This document shows positions 34,101 through 51,954 of a stretch of DNA of 64,000 nt, one piece after another. Position numbers and translations under genes: made by a program. Every line of letters begins with the position of its first letter. The first letter of the stretch is position 1. Source of the stretch: Takakia lepidozioides (taxonomy: Eukaryota; Plantae; Bryophyta). The stretch is from NCBI GenBank assembly GCA_030704615.1, contig CM060732.1, forward strand, positions 78,802,001 to 78,866,000, read 5' to 3'. The notes beneath the pieces are model-generated. The model worked only from the letters and a program-made list of their open reading frames with translations. It did no database searches and had not been told where the DNA came from.

Positions 34101-35799
34101 CCCTAATCTTGGATAGGTCGTCCGATGGGTTCGCGGTTCGTTGCTGTGCTCACACACCAGGCTACCCCTCTCCGAAAGCTTCGCGGGACCTACTAGTCTT
34201 CGGATCGCCCGGAGGGGTTTACTGCACAAGGCCCTTGAGGGGACACTGGCTCCTGCAGAGGGCTGAAGCCCAACGAGTGTCAGATGCAAAGCTCCGCACC
34301 TCATTAAGATCATATTAGCATATTCCCCTGGAAGAGAAGGAGCAAAACCCATTGGAGAATATTCTACATTATAGCCCGCGACCGATTCAGCTTCTGCTTC
34401 TGGTAGATCAAAAGGAGCTCGATTAGTTTCTGCTGGACGGGAAATAAAAGACGTAATAAATACAGGAAACGAGGGAATGCCAAACCATATCTGCTTTTGC
34501 GCTATCACAATCTCACTGAAATTACGAGAACCTACACGGATTGGTACAGTAATAATAATAGGACCGATAGAAACTTCATAAGAAACCATTTGAGCTGCGG
34601 ATCGTAATGCTCCTGAAAAAGCATATTTGGGATTACTAGACCGACCCGCCGTAATGATCCCATAAACACCTGGAGAAGATATAGCGAATGGATGAAGTAT
34701 ACCTACATTTGGATCTGGCGATACCATACCATAATCAGAAGTAGGGGTCGGGGATTTCCCCGCCCTCCGAACCATACGTGGCAGTTTCCCGTCATACAGC
34801 TCTCCGCCACTGATTCATCGAAGCGCGTCAAAAAAAAAATATATATAAATATTTTTTTTTGACGCGCTTAACCAGGTTTGTCTCGGATGAGGTCGTAGCA
34901 GCTTTTGAGTGTCTGCTATGACCAACCGGTCCTCTCGAGGGAGTTGAAGCGTGACTGGCTTCGTCACATCTGTGACGAGGGAAGGGCCACGCCCCCTACC
35001 ATCGAATCATGACTGCCGCCCTTCAGTACCTGGCTTGGTTGGTTTTCCTACTCACTTGCTACAGCGACTCCGTCGACCTCCCCCCCAGAGAGTAGGCCGA
35101 TCCCGTGATTGCGTCTTCGACTTTTTCCACCTGTGTGTTGAGGTAAGATGTCCGCATAGTCTTATTCTCCTACTGAGAATGCTCCCGAAAAGAAAAAATA
35201 TATTTTTTTTCCGTCTTCGGTCTCTGTTATACCTACCAGAAGAACCGATTACGGGACCAAGTCGTTACCCGCTGGCTTGGCGAATGCTGTCGTTCAGCAG
35301 CTACGTGATTCGGATTCGTCAGCCTCATCAACCCCAACGGTATCTCCCGAGCCGTCCTTGGAGATACGGGTCTCCTGTGACTCGGTTTCCCAGATGCTTT
35401 TCCACGCGCATCGCGGCAACGCTACCTCTGGGTGATTTACTCCATTGACGCAGACTGGAGATCAGGCACCGGGACATGCCCCGTAGCGACGAAGGCGCCT
35501 TGCACGGCGCACGGTGTAACAGCCCGAGCAACCGAACTTAACATAAATGTAATTACTGGAGCCATTATGGGAATAAATAAATTAGCACTACTCGGTAAAA
35601 TAGGTTCTTTTATCATTAATTTCAAACCATCTGCTAGAGGTTGTAACAATCCAAACAATCCCACTACATTAGGACCCTTTCTACGTTGCATAGAAGCCAT
35701 TACTTTACGTTCAGCTAAAACTAAAAAGGCTACTCCTAGTAAAAGGGGTATTATTATTCCAAGTATTTTCGCTAAAATACCGATGATATACAGTCTCAT
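31183..35799 (-). CDS. nad1: NADH dehydrogenase subunit 1 (exons 35799-35513, 34740-34300, 31441-31183; CAA stop by editing)
   Basis: [19 protein letters not shown]; [15 protein letters not shown]; PRYRYDQLM; 287+441+259 = 987 nt. Confidence 0.95.
31442..34299 (-). mobile_element. Group II intron nad1i728g2 with fragmented matR-type maturase
   Basis: GTGCGG start; frame continuous with exon 2 to 33627; RYVRYADD (32799-33230); domain [34 protein letters not shown]; CTCTCC end. Confidence 0.9.
34741..35512 (-). mobile_element. Group II intron nad1i287g2 (ORF-less)
   Basis: GTGCG start, D5 near 34802-34769, CCCTAC end. Confidence 0.9.
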
Positions 35800-37510
35800 T
35801 TTGTTGGCTTTTTTTCTATCTCGTTCCATACGAAAAGCTACGAAAAAAGAAATATATATATATTTCTTTTTTCCGCCAGCTTTGGAGAAACCTGGGTTGT
35901 GGACCACAGACTAACGGGGTGGGGCTACCTCACGGGTGATTAGAAGAGAAGGTAAACCCCTTGAAGTAGTCTGAAGAATGATGGCCCCGAAAGTTTTAAA
36001 ATTTAAGAAGAATTCTGGACGTGACATGTTATTGGCTATGGCCGGAGAACAGACACCCACCTGCGGCAAAAAAAAATATATATATATATATTTTTTTGGC
36101 CGCAGGTTTACTTTACGGCGAAGAAAGGCTCCTTGTCTTTAGGCATCGACAAAACGCTGGCGCGAGAAGAATGCATTGCTTTATTTTCTGATTATTAGTG
36201 CAATCAGAGAACGGGCTAAGCCTTTAAGAAGCTTTGATTCGAATCGGGACTGATTCGAGCTTGTAGAATGAACCGGGCCGCAGGGCGCAGCCTATTTTTT
36301 TATTGATTCGCGAAACAAAGAAGAGAAATATATATTTTTTTGCTGCGCCCTTTGTTCGCAAATCCAACGAAGTGCTACGCACCTTTCCGAGATCCATACG
36401 TATAAGCATTTCCCAGAATTCATAAAGTAGTTTTATTGTTTAGTGCGTGTAGCCCACTCCGATATGTATGTACGCTTTACATAATGGCGCTTCTTACGAG
36501 CGGGGCAGTCCGGACCAGACGGAGGAGAGGCAGGGAGGGGGGGGGTGCGCGGGTTCTCACATGAGCCGCGCACCCCCCGCGTAATAGACGAGGAAGGCCG
36601 CAGGTCTATATTTTTTATTCGGTTCCCACAGGGAGGAAATGTTATTGGTATACCATCAGCACGAGGCCTCTCCAGGGCGCAGCGCAGGCACTAGCCTGGG
36701 CAAGCTGCTGGCGTAGGGCAAGCACGCGCGTGCCGCGCGGCGTTGGTCAACTTATTCGCTTTTCCTATGCAATTTCCACGGTTGCTTCTAAGCAGCTACG
36801 GTTTCACTCGTTCCACTGCTGTTGGAAGGAAACCAGGCTGTCTGTTCCGAAAAACAAGCGTTTAGTTTATGGGGCACCAACATATTTTTTTTTTTCAGCG
36901 ACAAGAGTTATTTTCCGGAAGCCTTATTTATATGGTTTCCGGATTGACGTCACGATGTCCCGTGCCATAGGTCCCAGGCTTTCTCTCGGAGTAATTGAGT
37001 CATTGATAACCTTTGGGTCTACCGGAATATTTGCCTCGTGACATGACTGGGTATACCTGTGACATGCGTGACGATTTAATTCCGTCTGGCCCGCTTTCGA
37101 CGCTGCGTAGGCGGCGATCACGATTACTGCAGGTACAACTGCTTCGATCGAAGTAGCTTCACCAAGATTACCTATGCAACCAACTACGTAACGTAATAAT
37201 ATCCCACTTTGTCATAAAAAAAATTTTTTATTTCATAATTCTTCGGAATTGACCAAAACGAAAAGGATATTGCTATAACCTCAAAAATTCTACGGAATGA
37301 TATTAACCATAATACCTTCCAAAAAGTACTAAGATCCATAATAAAATCTCTAGAACTAATCACGAATACCACCACGATTACATAGAGGCATGATTACGTA
37401 AAAGCAACAGCCCCGTTCTTAAAAAAAAGACCATACTAATTTGAGTTCTATCTTTAGATAAAGTAGGATTGGGTTGGTAAAAAACTGTTTCAGATTTTTT
37501 TCTCCCTTCT

Positions 37511-39157
37511 TTGATTACCTCCCCGCCGATAAATAGGTACGGATGAAAATGACCGAACCACGTCGACGAAATGCCGGTACCGAGCAGCTGCTTCGAAGCC
37601 AAAGTGATGCGTTTGGGTGAAATGCCCCAGATATTGACGAATACCACGTATTATTGAGAAAATGGTACCTATAATGACATGAAAACCATGGAACCCTGTG
37701 GCTGAGAGAGAGGTAGAACCATGAATACCATCGGGAATCGTGAAAGGTGCTTCTACATATTCCATTCCTTGAAACCCAGTGGGGACTGGAGCCGGCGAAA
37801 TGTTAGGGTCGAGAGTTACTTCATAGAGCCGTACAACTTGGTTGCCGTTTACTCGTATGGCATAGTAAAGTGCTCTCCGAACCGTGCGAGGTAGTTACCT
37901 ATCACACGGCTCACCAACCTGATCTTTTACCACGTCTCCATAGGGCACGTAGTCGTTTGTTCCATTGTCAAAGCCTTGGGCTTAATTCCATCCGGACATA
38001 AAGTCAGATTTCCCGTGTCAATCAGGTAAAGTCCATGAATGAAAATCATTTCTGTACATTGATTTAGACTCCTTCTCGCTTTGCCCTTATACGAATAAGA
38101 TCGAGTCAAGTGCTTTACTGTTGCCAGCTCTGCTTCGAGTAGGCGGATACTACGAGTCCTCCGTCCCGGATATCCAGATCGTGGCTATCTGGTTCACCGG
38201 TACTACCAAGGTACTCTTATACTTACGTGAAAACACATAAGATTTCCAACTAATAGTGCTAGTTCGAACGAAAAAGCAGCCGTGCTTCCAGTGTTTTTGT
38301 TTCATACCGAAGTTGGGACCTCCTCCTGCTCCGCCACAGGCAGGCTACCATTCTGCCGTGGAGGAGGTAGCGCTGTAATATTATTGATTGATCAATAACC
38401 TGACCGAACACGCTCGAGTTAGTGTCTCATCCACACCTCACATTCATGAATGACCCATTCGGCTATATTTCGAAGACACGGTCGAAAAAGTTCTCTAGAG
38501 TTGGTCAACCACCCTGTCCTTTCCTTCTGCAACATGCTATTGTCCCGGTTCGTTAAAATGGTAAGTTGCATCCGTCTCATTGCGAGCATCAGCAATGGTA
38601 TGATTACCAGAGGTAATCAGACAGTTTCCTTGGTAATCTGACGGTCGCCCGGTAGCTGCTGAAGCGTAAACAGCTTGCTTTTTAAATCCAGCTAATATAG
38701 CATGATGAGCCCAAGTTACGGCAGCTCCAGATGGAAGTGGAATAAGGGTATTTAGAAAAGGAATTCCCCAAGGATTTGACACATCAATTCCTTTGGGAGG
38801 CCGAATAGCTCCAATCTCTACCGTAGGTGCCGAAGGAGAATGAGAAGGAGCCCGAGAGAAAGCTAAAGGAAACATGACTTCAGACACGATGAACAAAATC
38901 ATACCATAGCGAAGTCCTAATTGGACCACAAATGTATGATGTCCTTCGTAAGTGGATTCACGTATAACATCGCGCCGCCGTACAAACATAGTATATAAGA
39001 TCATTCCCAAGCCTAAACTAGGAAGTGTTCCACCTCCCGTAGGAGGGTGCATGTACGTAACACCACCAATGGTGCTTGCCAAAGCTCCAAGTGGACCCGG
39101 AAGAGGCCATGGACTTGGATCTACTGAATGATAAGGATGCTTTTGAGAGACACTCGT
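37511..39157 (-). CDS. cox3: Cytochrome c oxidase subunit 3 (exons 39157-38651, 37801-37511; ACG start, CAA stop)
   Basis: (M)[16 protein letters not shown]; LFIVSEVM; ATGFHGFHV; 507+291 = 798 nt. Confidence 0.95.
37802..38650 (-). mobile_element. Group II intron cox3i506g2 (ORF-less)
   Basis: GGGCGACC start, D5 near 37912-37879, CCCTAAC end. Confidence 0.9.
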
Positions 39158-39178
39158 AATTGGTCCTGTGTTTGCTTT

Positions 39179-44943
<5,765 letters not shown>

Positions 44944-45074
44944 TTGGTATATTCTTGTTTTTTTCAGAACTACTCCAGCCCTTCCAGAGGGCCCCTTACG
45001 AAAGAAAAAAGGGCCAACCAACAAAAAAAATATATTTTTTTTTTCTACAGTCTACAGAAAGAACGAGAAGTGGA

Positions 45075-45384
45075 GAGAATTAGTACGAGTAAGCTGAACA
45101 AAAGCCGTAGGCCTTGTTTCACACCTCACGGTGTTTACACCTTTCACCTATCGAAATGATGGTCTTTCACCTTTTATGAGAACTTGTATAGAGAAGGATT
45201 TCCCGCTCAGGTGTTTTCAGCAGTTCTTCCATACCAACTTAGCTATCCGGCGCTGCTATTGGCATAACAACCGGTACACCATAGGTTGACCCAACCCAGT
45301 CCTCTCGTACTAGGGTTGGCTTCTCACAGTTCTCTCTCAAACACCGACGGTAGATAGGAACCGAACTGTCTCACGACGTTCTAA
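45075..45384 (-). pseudogene. rrn26: Fragment of the 3' end of the large-subunit (26S) rRNA
   Basis: TTAGAACGTCGTGAGACAGTTCGG...AGTACGAGAGGAC (sarcin-ricin loop)...; about 310 nt only, ending about 130 nt upstream of cox2. Confidence 0.88.
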
Positions 45385-47700
45385 TTGCAGTGTTGGCTTG
45401 CACTTAGGTTGTAAACAAAAAAAAAAATATATATTTTTTTCGCGTCTTCAAGCGCCTTCGGCCTTGGTTCGTAAAAAAAAAAAAGATATAGCTTTTTTGG
45501 CCCTCGCATAAGGACGCCCGTATAGGCGGACCCGCCGTAATAATTCCATAAACACCCAGAGAATAGAAGGATCGAAGATTGAACCCACCCTCCGAAAACG
45601 TAGGTGATAGTTTCGCATCATACGACTCTCCGTTGAAATTAATAGGACTTAAGTCCTAAGAAAGAGACTTGGCAAGCTCGGGAAAGAAAAAAACCTAAGC
45701 TCTCAACGGTTCTTCGAAAAGCGAAAGTATCTTCGTATCTTATGAAGACGAAGGAGTGTGCGTCTGGGACAGGGTACTTAGTAGATGAATTAGGTGGTAA
45801 TTTTTCGTTAGGTGCCCGTGGAAGTTTTGCCTATGATGCTTGTGGCGTTTCTTCCACGGTCATTTGACATACTGATCTCTAGGTTCTTTAGCTTTGTCGC
45901 GCAAAGATGCTTAGCTTTCAACTTGTTGTATTTAGCTTCCGCTACACGCTCATCAGCGTCATCTAGACGTGGCTGTTTATCAGTACTTATTTTTATTTTT
46001 TCACTCAACCAACAGTTGATTACGAGCCTTAATTTCTTTCATTTCACGCTTTTCAGCCTCTTTCAACAGCTGATCCGCGTTTTTAGCTTTCTCAGTAAGC
46101 ACCTGATAATCGAACTTCAGCTTTTCCAACTTTAGGTTCTTTTCTTGCAATTCTAATTTATTCGCCTCATTTAAATTATCCACGTACCCGGGATATGACC
46201 AAGTACCCCCCGCCGCAGTAGACGCGTCTATCGCACTACCAGCTATCTTAACAGCCTCTACAGACAGGGTTTTCCTTCGCGAAGTTACCTGTGAGTTGTT
46301 GAACAAAGCTAGGTGTATCCATAAGTTTTTACTTTTATTTCATCCGGTTCTATGGCGGGATCTGGCAACCACTATATAAATGAATAATCATAAATAGAAA
46401 TCATCGACAACCCTTATAAGTAAGGGGGTCTGCTTTGAGGAAATCGTACCAAATAGGATTCCCATCGTACTAGAAAAAACTGGAAAGACATAATCCAATA
46501 ACTTAAGTTAAGGACCTTCCATTAGATAATAAATTTAGATTAAATTTATAAAAAGTTTTTAGAATTCTCATAAATTTTTGCGGTCTTCCACAAGGTTTGC
46601 GGGGAGTTGCGACCACCGAATTCGCCTCGGAATTTAATTGCCGAATTTTCCAATGATCTGTCCAAGTTGCGGGCAAATATGGGCAAATATCCATAAAATA
46701 TTTCGCAAACCTGGCAGATCTTCGCAAAAATGATAGATAATTCTGGAAACTTTGTGTGGTTGTTTATGTAATTTCATTTAAACAACCTTTAATCTACGAA
46801 ATATTTTAAACTCTAAACCTAAGATTCCACAATAAACGAAGATAATAAGATTATGTTTATTTTTCCATCTATGCAATTGGAGGATACACCTTCTTGACCT
46901 CTAGACGTTGGGGATACTGAAGGCCCAGATCCTTACCTACCAGGGTTACTCGTTCTTGTAGGGGTTTTATATATGTGTCTACCTCCCCCTCAGGAAAGGC
47001 CGAAATATTCCCGTCATGAAAATGGGGTCTGGGTTCCACCGCGGGGTTGCTTCGGCTATAATAGCCAACTCGTAGGATTGGAGATACGAGGCGTAGACCG
47101 AAGGAAATGCGGTTTCCGTCACAAGGTAAGTTTGGCCGGGAGGCCCCGTCAACAACTCGTCTTCATATATCTCATATACAGTGTCGGGTACGTTCCGAAG
47201 GTCTGGGATTATATCCGTCCGTTGGAGCGCACTCACGACTTCCACGGCTCTCTCATATCCCCCTTCATAGTCTGGCAATTCCTTGAATTCATTCATTGTT
47301 AACCCAAGGCCTTTACGTTCAGACTCAAGGATTCCCTGAATAACAGCGTTGTTGCCTTCTCCTGAGTTGCTATTCGAACCAATGTTTTGTGGTAGAAGTT
47401 CTCAAAAACTCTTTTGACAAATCATTGTTCTAGATATTATTTCCAAAGAGAGCCTTTGCTCCAGGTTTCTAATGTAGAAGGGGGGGGGGGGAGAGAACCC
47501 TAAAAGAATCGTAGTATAGCACGATGCTAGGTCCACATCCACGATTCGTTATCCTTCCCCCTTTCCATCAAATAGAACCCACTTCAGTTAAGTACATTTC
47601 TCTTATTGCTCGTTCAACAACCAAGTTAAACGAATCTTTATAACATAACTATTTAGGTACAATACGAGGGCGCAGCTTACTTTTCTTCTTGCCGATTTAA

Positions 47701-49241
47701 CTCTCTAGGTTGGATTCGAACCAACGACCCAATGGATAGAGTAATCTTTTTGGAAGGATAAGTAATGGGCGGCCTTGGTGTTAGGCGAAGAAGGCTTCAA
47801 TAATCATACAAGATACTTGATGAAAGCAAGTCATACATACATTGCGTTCATGTATAACATCGCAGTTATTGAGTCAGACCCACCATCATGATATAATCCT
47901 TCAAAACGCTCCCCTCCGAACCGTGCTTGCAAGATCTCCAAGCACACGGCTCTTGCTCGGTATTCGAAACTAGCATAATTGAACAAATATGATAGATGGT
48001 CTTTATCAGCCAGATTCAACGAAAAAATTTATTTTTTTTTTCTGCTTCTATGAAGACCAAGTTCATACCATGACTGCATAATAATGGTTAAAACACTGAT
48101 TCCCTTCCAATTCATTGTACTATGGAAACTCTGACGCCATTGCTGATGGTTCCGACACTGAGAGCACCAGGCCGCGGAGTGCAGCATATATATATATTTT
48201 TTTTCCGACCCGCCCCCGCTTTGCGGGAACTCTAGGCCCGGATTTACCCACTTTGTTCCCATAGCTCATTCCCGAATGAGAGGCCGAAGGAGGAGGAAAA
48301 ATATAAATAATTAAAGCTCTCTTCCTTAGGGAAAGGGGGCTTTTGGAGAAGAAGCAAGTCCGGGGTTTTGCGGTTTAGGGGCCTTCAGTGCTTAATTAAG
48401 CCTGCCAGGGAGGGCGTTCCTGAATCATCCGAGGAGGTCCTCACTTAGGATCGCTTTAGGTTTAAGTTATTTTTAGTGCTATGGACGAAGCCGCAGGTCA
48501 AGCAATCGAATGTAGCAAGTTCATCCGCCTACGCGCATAGCTTGATAGCTACAAGCGAGCTAAACACAATGCATCCTGCATCTCGTGGAGAAATCCATGA
48601 TGAGTGCTTGGCACGACTGCATCTGTTCCACATGATCAGTATGACTCTCCTGTTAACCGTGAAAAGCATATGTAAGAAACAGAGCCTACAAAGGCTTTGG
48701 TTATTTGCTTCAAGTATAATCAACCTCTTGGAAACCCGATCTATCTAGGTGCAAACAGCCAAACCAATACCATGCTTGCAAGGGAGATTCAAAGTAGCAG
48801 ATTCTGCAACTTGTTGATCATTCAGGTTTTAGTGGAAAAACCACTTGGCTTTCATTCAGTTATGCAATAACATAGTAATTAAATGCTACGCCATGGATCT
48901 ACGTAGATCCAAGGTTCGGGATTGAACACTACGCGCGCCTTGAAAGAGATGAAAAATCCACACATTGTATGCTCGATAGCTCGACCATGCCGTGCTTACA
49001 TGGATAGGAGTCAAAAAAACCCAAATGACTTGCGTTTAACCATAAGGTTTATCCATATGAGGCCTAACTTAGACATAGTCTATAACATCATGCTACGTTT
49101 CCTAAATTCGTTTCCAAATGAAGGTAAGGTATTTTTTTAGACATGCTCTGAACGATGCCACAGTAAAAAGCTAAATCCTGTACCAATATATTCAGCGCAC
49201 TTAACAGCCGCCATTTGCTCTAACCGCTGAGCCACTAGAGA
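47701..49241 (-). pseudogene. trnN: Intron-split tRNA-Asn(GUU) (exon 1 49241-49201, exon 2 47735-47701); 3-nt insertion in the anticodon arm
   Basis: TCTCTAGTGGCTCAGCGGTTAGAGCAAATGGCGGCTGTTAA | CCATTGGGTCGTTGGTTCGAATCCAACCTAGAGAG; perfect acceptor and T stems. Confidence 0.87.
47736..49200 (-). mobile_element. Group II intron trnN-GUUi38g2
   Basis: GTGCG start; D5 GAGCCGTGTGCTTGGAGATCTTGCAAGCACGGTTC (~47952-47918); TTACTCTAT end; EBS1 complementary to TGTTAA at 48651-48656. Confidence 0.88.
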
Positions 49242-50000
49242 AGAGGCACAAAAAAAAAATATTTGGCTGCGCTTTGCGCCTTTGGCCATAGGGGCAGGAG
49301 TTGTAGTAAAGGGGTTTGGATTGAATAAAAGAGATAAATGCATCAAGGGCAATGCAGTAACTTGGAGAAGAGAACGAGCCGCCATGCCACCTTTATTCGC
49401 CGCCTCGCCCCACGCCTCTTGGCGGTTGCAGCGCGCAGGTCGCAGCAAAATATTTCACAAAATATAGAATTTGTTTACTTCTCAATTCCTCGACCAGGAA
49501 AATGTAAAGCAGGACTTGAGTCGTCCGCCCAGCTTATTGTCTAACGCACGTCAGAAAAATATATATAGTTTTTAACCTTTCCTTCTCGTCGCCCCACACC
49601 ACATTATTGACTTCACGAGGGAAGGGCGGGACTTTAGTCCCGGAAAACGTTAGCTTTCCGGGGGTTTCCCCAGCAGAGGTTTACCCGCTTTCTTTGCTTC
49701 GCGAAGAAGAGGGGCAGAGATTGGAAGGGCGCAGCAGAGAAACGCTTCTTATAAAACGCGTACCAAGAAATATTCGTTCTCTTCTCTTCGACCCTTGATT
49801 CGCTGCGCGAATCAAGTTGGTTCCTGTCCAAATATACGGGTGCCCTCTTTTTCGAAGGTTTATTACACTCGTCGTTGCACCAAAATACATACTTTTTTCA
49901 TTGTTCACTCCGTCCCTTCAGAAAACGAAGGTCGTTCCAGAAAATAAAAATATATATTTCTATTTCCGAGCCTCTTCATGGCTTCAGAGAGCTGAAGCCC

Positions 50001-50606
50001 CTAGATATCTCTTATTTTTTTTATAGTATTCCGAAAATCTATAGCATTTTGTCGAAACACATCCTGTCTTTTGACCCGAGTAGTTTTATGCATAGTAGGT
50101 ACTATAGCCCCAATCATGGCTACTAATGAAATAAGACTAGAAACCAAAAACAAAACAAAATAGGTGGTATAAAGTAAATTGCCTAATGTTTCCAAATTAG
50201 TCCAACTTTGTATCTTTTCAGCATAAACTGTATATGTTGGATAGGTTGTATTCAATTTCGTTGGTAATATTGGAATGTAATCATTATCTACAATGAAAAA
50301 AATTTCCAACAAAAAAATAAGTCCAATAATACCACCCACGGGTAAATAGCGCAATACATTCTCGTGAATTTCTGCTATTTTAATATTTAACATCATAACT
50401 ACAAATGAAGATGAAACGGCAATAGCTCCTACATAAACCACTAAAAAAATCATAGCAGAGGAGTCAGGACCTAACAAAACGAGTAAACCTGAAGTGTTTA
50501 AAAAAACTGGGATGGAAAATGAAACGGAATGGACTGGATTTTTAGCACGTATCGCCATAACACTAGAGACCGAAGCAATGCTCGGAGAAACAGAAAAAAG
50601 TATCGT
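50001..50606 (-). CDS. nad6: NADH dehydrogenase subunit 6 (ACG start)
   Basis: RAKNPVHSV; VVYVGAIAV; NLETLGNLLYT; VAMIGAIV; 606 nt. Confidence 0.95.
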   Translation of the reverse strand, partial: TILFSVSPSIASVSSVMAIRAKNPVHSVSFSIPVFLNTSGLLVLLGPDSSAMIFLVVYVGAIAVSSSFVVMMLNIKIAEIHENVLRYLPVGGIIGLIFLLEIFFIVDNDYIPILPTKLNTTYPTYTVYAEKIQSWTNLETLGNLLYTTYFVLFLVSSLISLVAMIGAIVPTMHKTTRVKRQDVFRQNAIDFRNTIKKIRDI

Positions 50607-51954
50607 GGTTATTTTACTAAGTCCCTTTTATCATTTGCTTTAACAATGAAAAAAGAAATATACATTTTTTTTCTACTTCTACCCATCATCAGTTTTCTAG
50701 ATGGTGCAAGCAAACACCAGCCAAGCCGAAAAACAACTAGAGCCAACACGGGTACGCGGCGCAAGAAGGCTGTTGGCCCCATACCATACCCACAGAGATC
50801 CTGCTGGGATTGCTGGGCCAGGAGAAGGTGTGCGAAATAAGAGGGCTTTCGATACGAAAGAAGCCTTCGGTTATAATTTAAGGTGCGCAGCCAGAAGTAA
50901 GCCAATAAAAATCTGTAGTTTTCTGCCTTCTCCGCCTCCCCCTGCCTCGGGCGTAGTCCATTAGAAGGCTTCGTGAAGAGACATCATAAATAAATGTCTC
51001 AGGTTCTCTACTTGCTACCTCAGTCGAGTGGATAAATCCCGATGTATCGTAATAGTAAATGCATGGCGGAGTATGCGGATAGTTATATACAGAACTATCT
51101 TTCGCCCGCATTATGAAGCCCATAAATCATTCTTTGACTCGTGAATTCGCACAAAGCAGATTCATCATGTATGATAATTAATGACCATATTTTTTATACA
51201 CTCTATTCCTTGTGCCCCGGAGAGACTTTCATCACCGGAGGCTCCAACAAGAGCTTAAACGGCTTTGAGTAGTTTCCGTAGGGAACGATTCTTTAATTAG
51301 CTATGTAAATGAGCGCTTTTCACTTTTGCTTTTTGACCAATTGAAAAAAAAAAAATATATATATATATATCTCTTTTCTCGATTCTTGGTAAAAATTGGA
51401 AAGCACATGGTTGGGGTCGAAGACCCCACCTGGTTGGCTTGTGGGATGGAGGCAGGGAGAGAGGCTTAAAGACTTTGAGGTTTATTTTCCCCCAAAAGAA
51501 GCATAAATGGCGTGAAATCACGCGAACTTCGTCCATTGGCTTAACGAAGGCACGCGGCGGACAAAGAAAAAATATAGGCGCGCATCGAAAAGAGAGATAT
51601 ATATATCTTTTTCTCATATATATGAAAAAATGCAGAAAAGTGGAAAAAAAAGATTTTTTTTACTCTCCAAATCAATTTGATTTCGGTTTAGCCTCCTTTT
51701 CCTGAAAAGCTACCATTCATTGTTCGGGGAAGAGAAAAACACATAAATATAAATTAACGCCCTATTCGCTGCGCAAATGTAGGGCGAGTCAGGCTTGGCT
51801 TCGAGGTATTTTTTCATATATATATGAAGAAATGCCGAAATAAATAAAAATATTTTTTTATTTCCTCTCAAGACTTCGCCTCGAAAACCATCAAGCAACG
51901 AAGCGGCTTATTGGTTTCGCCTTGCGCTGAGACAAAAAAAAAAGATAATTCATC

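Noticed and set aside
45075-45384. Functional (fragmented or trans-spliced) LSU rRNA gene
   Set aside because: Only about 310 nt with a degenerate 3' part, and no intron structure at its 5' boundary.
50878-51123. 81-aa ORF upstream of nad6 resembling the ORF after cob
   Set aside because: Similarity is limited to a few Tyr/Pro residues and is not convincing.
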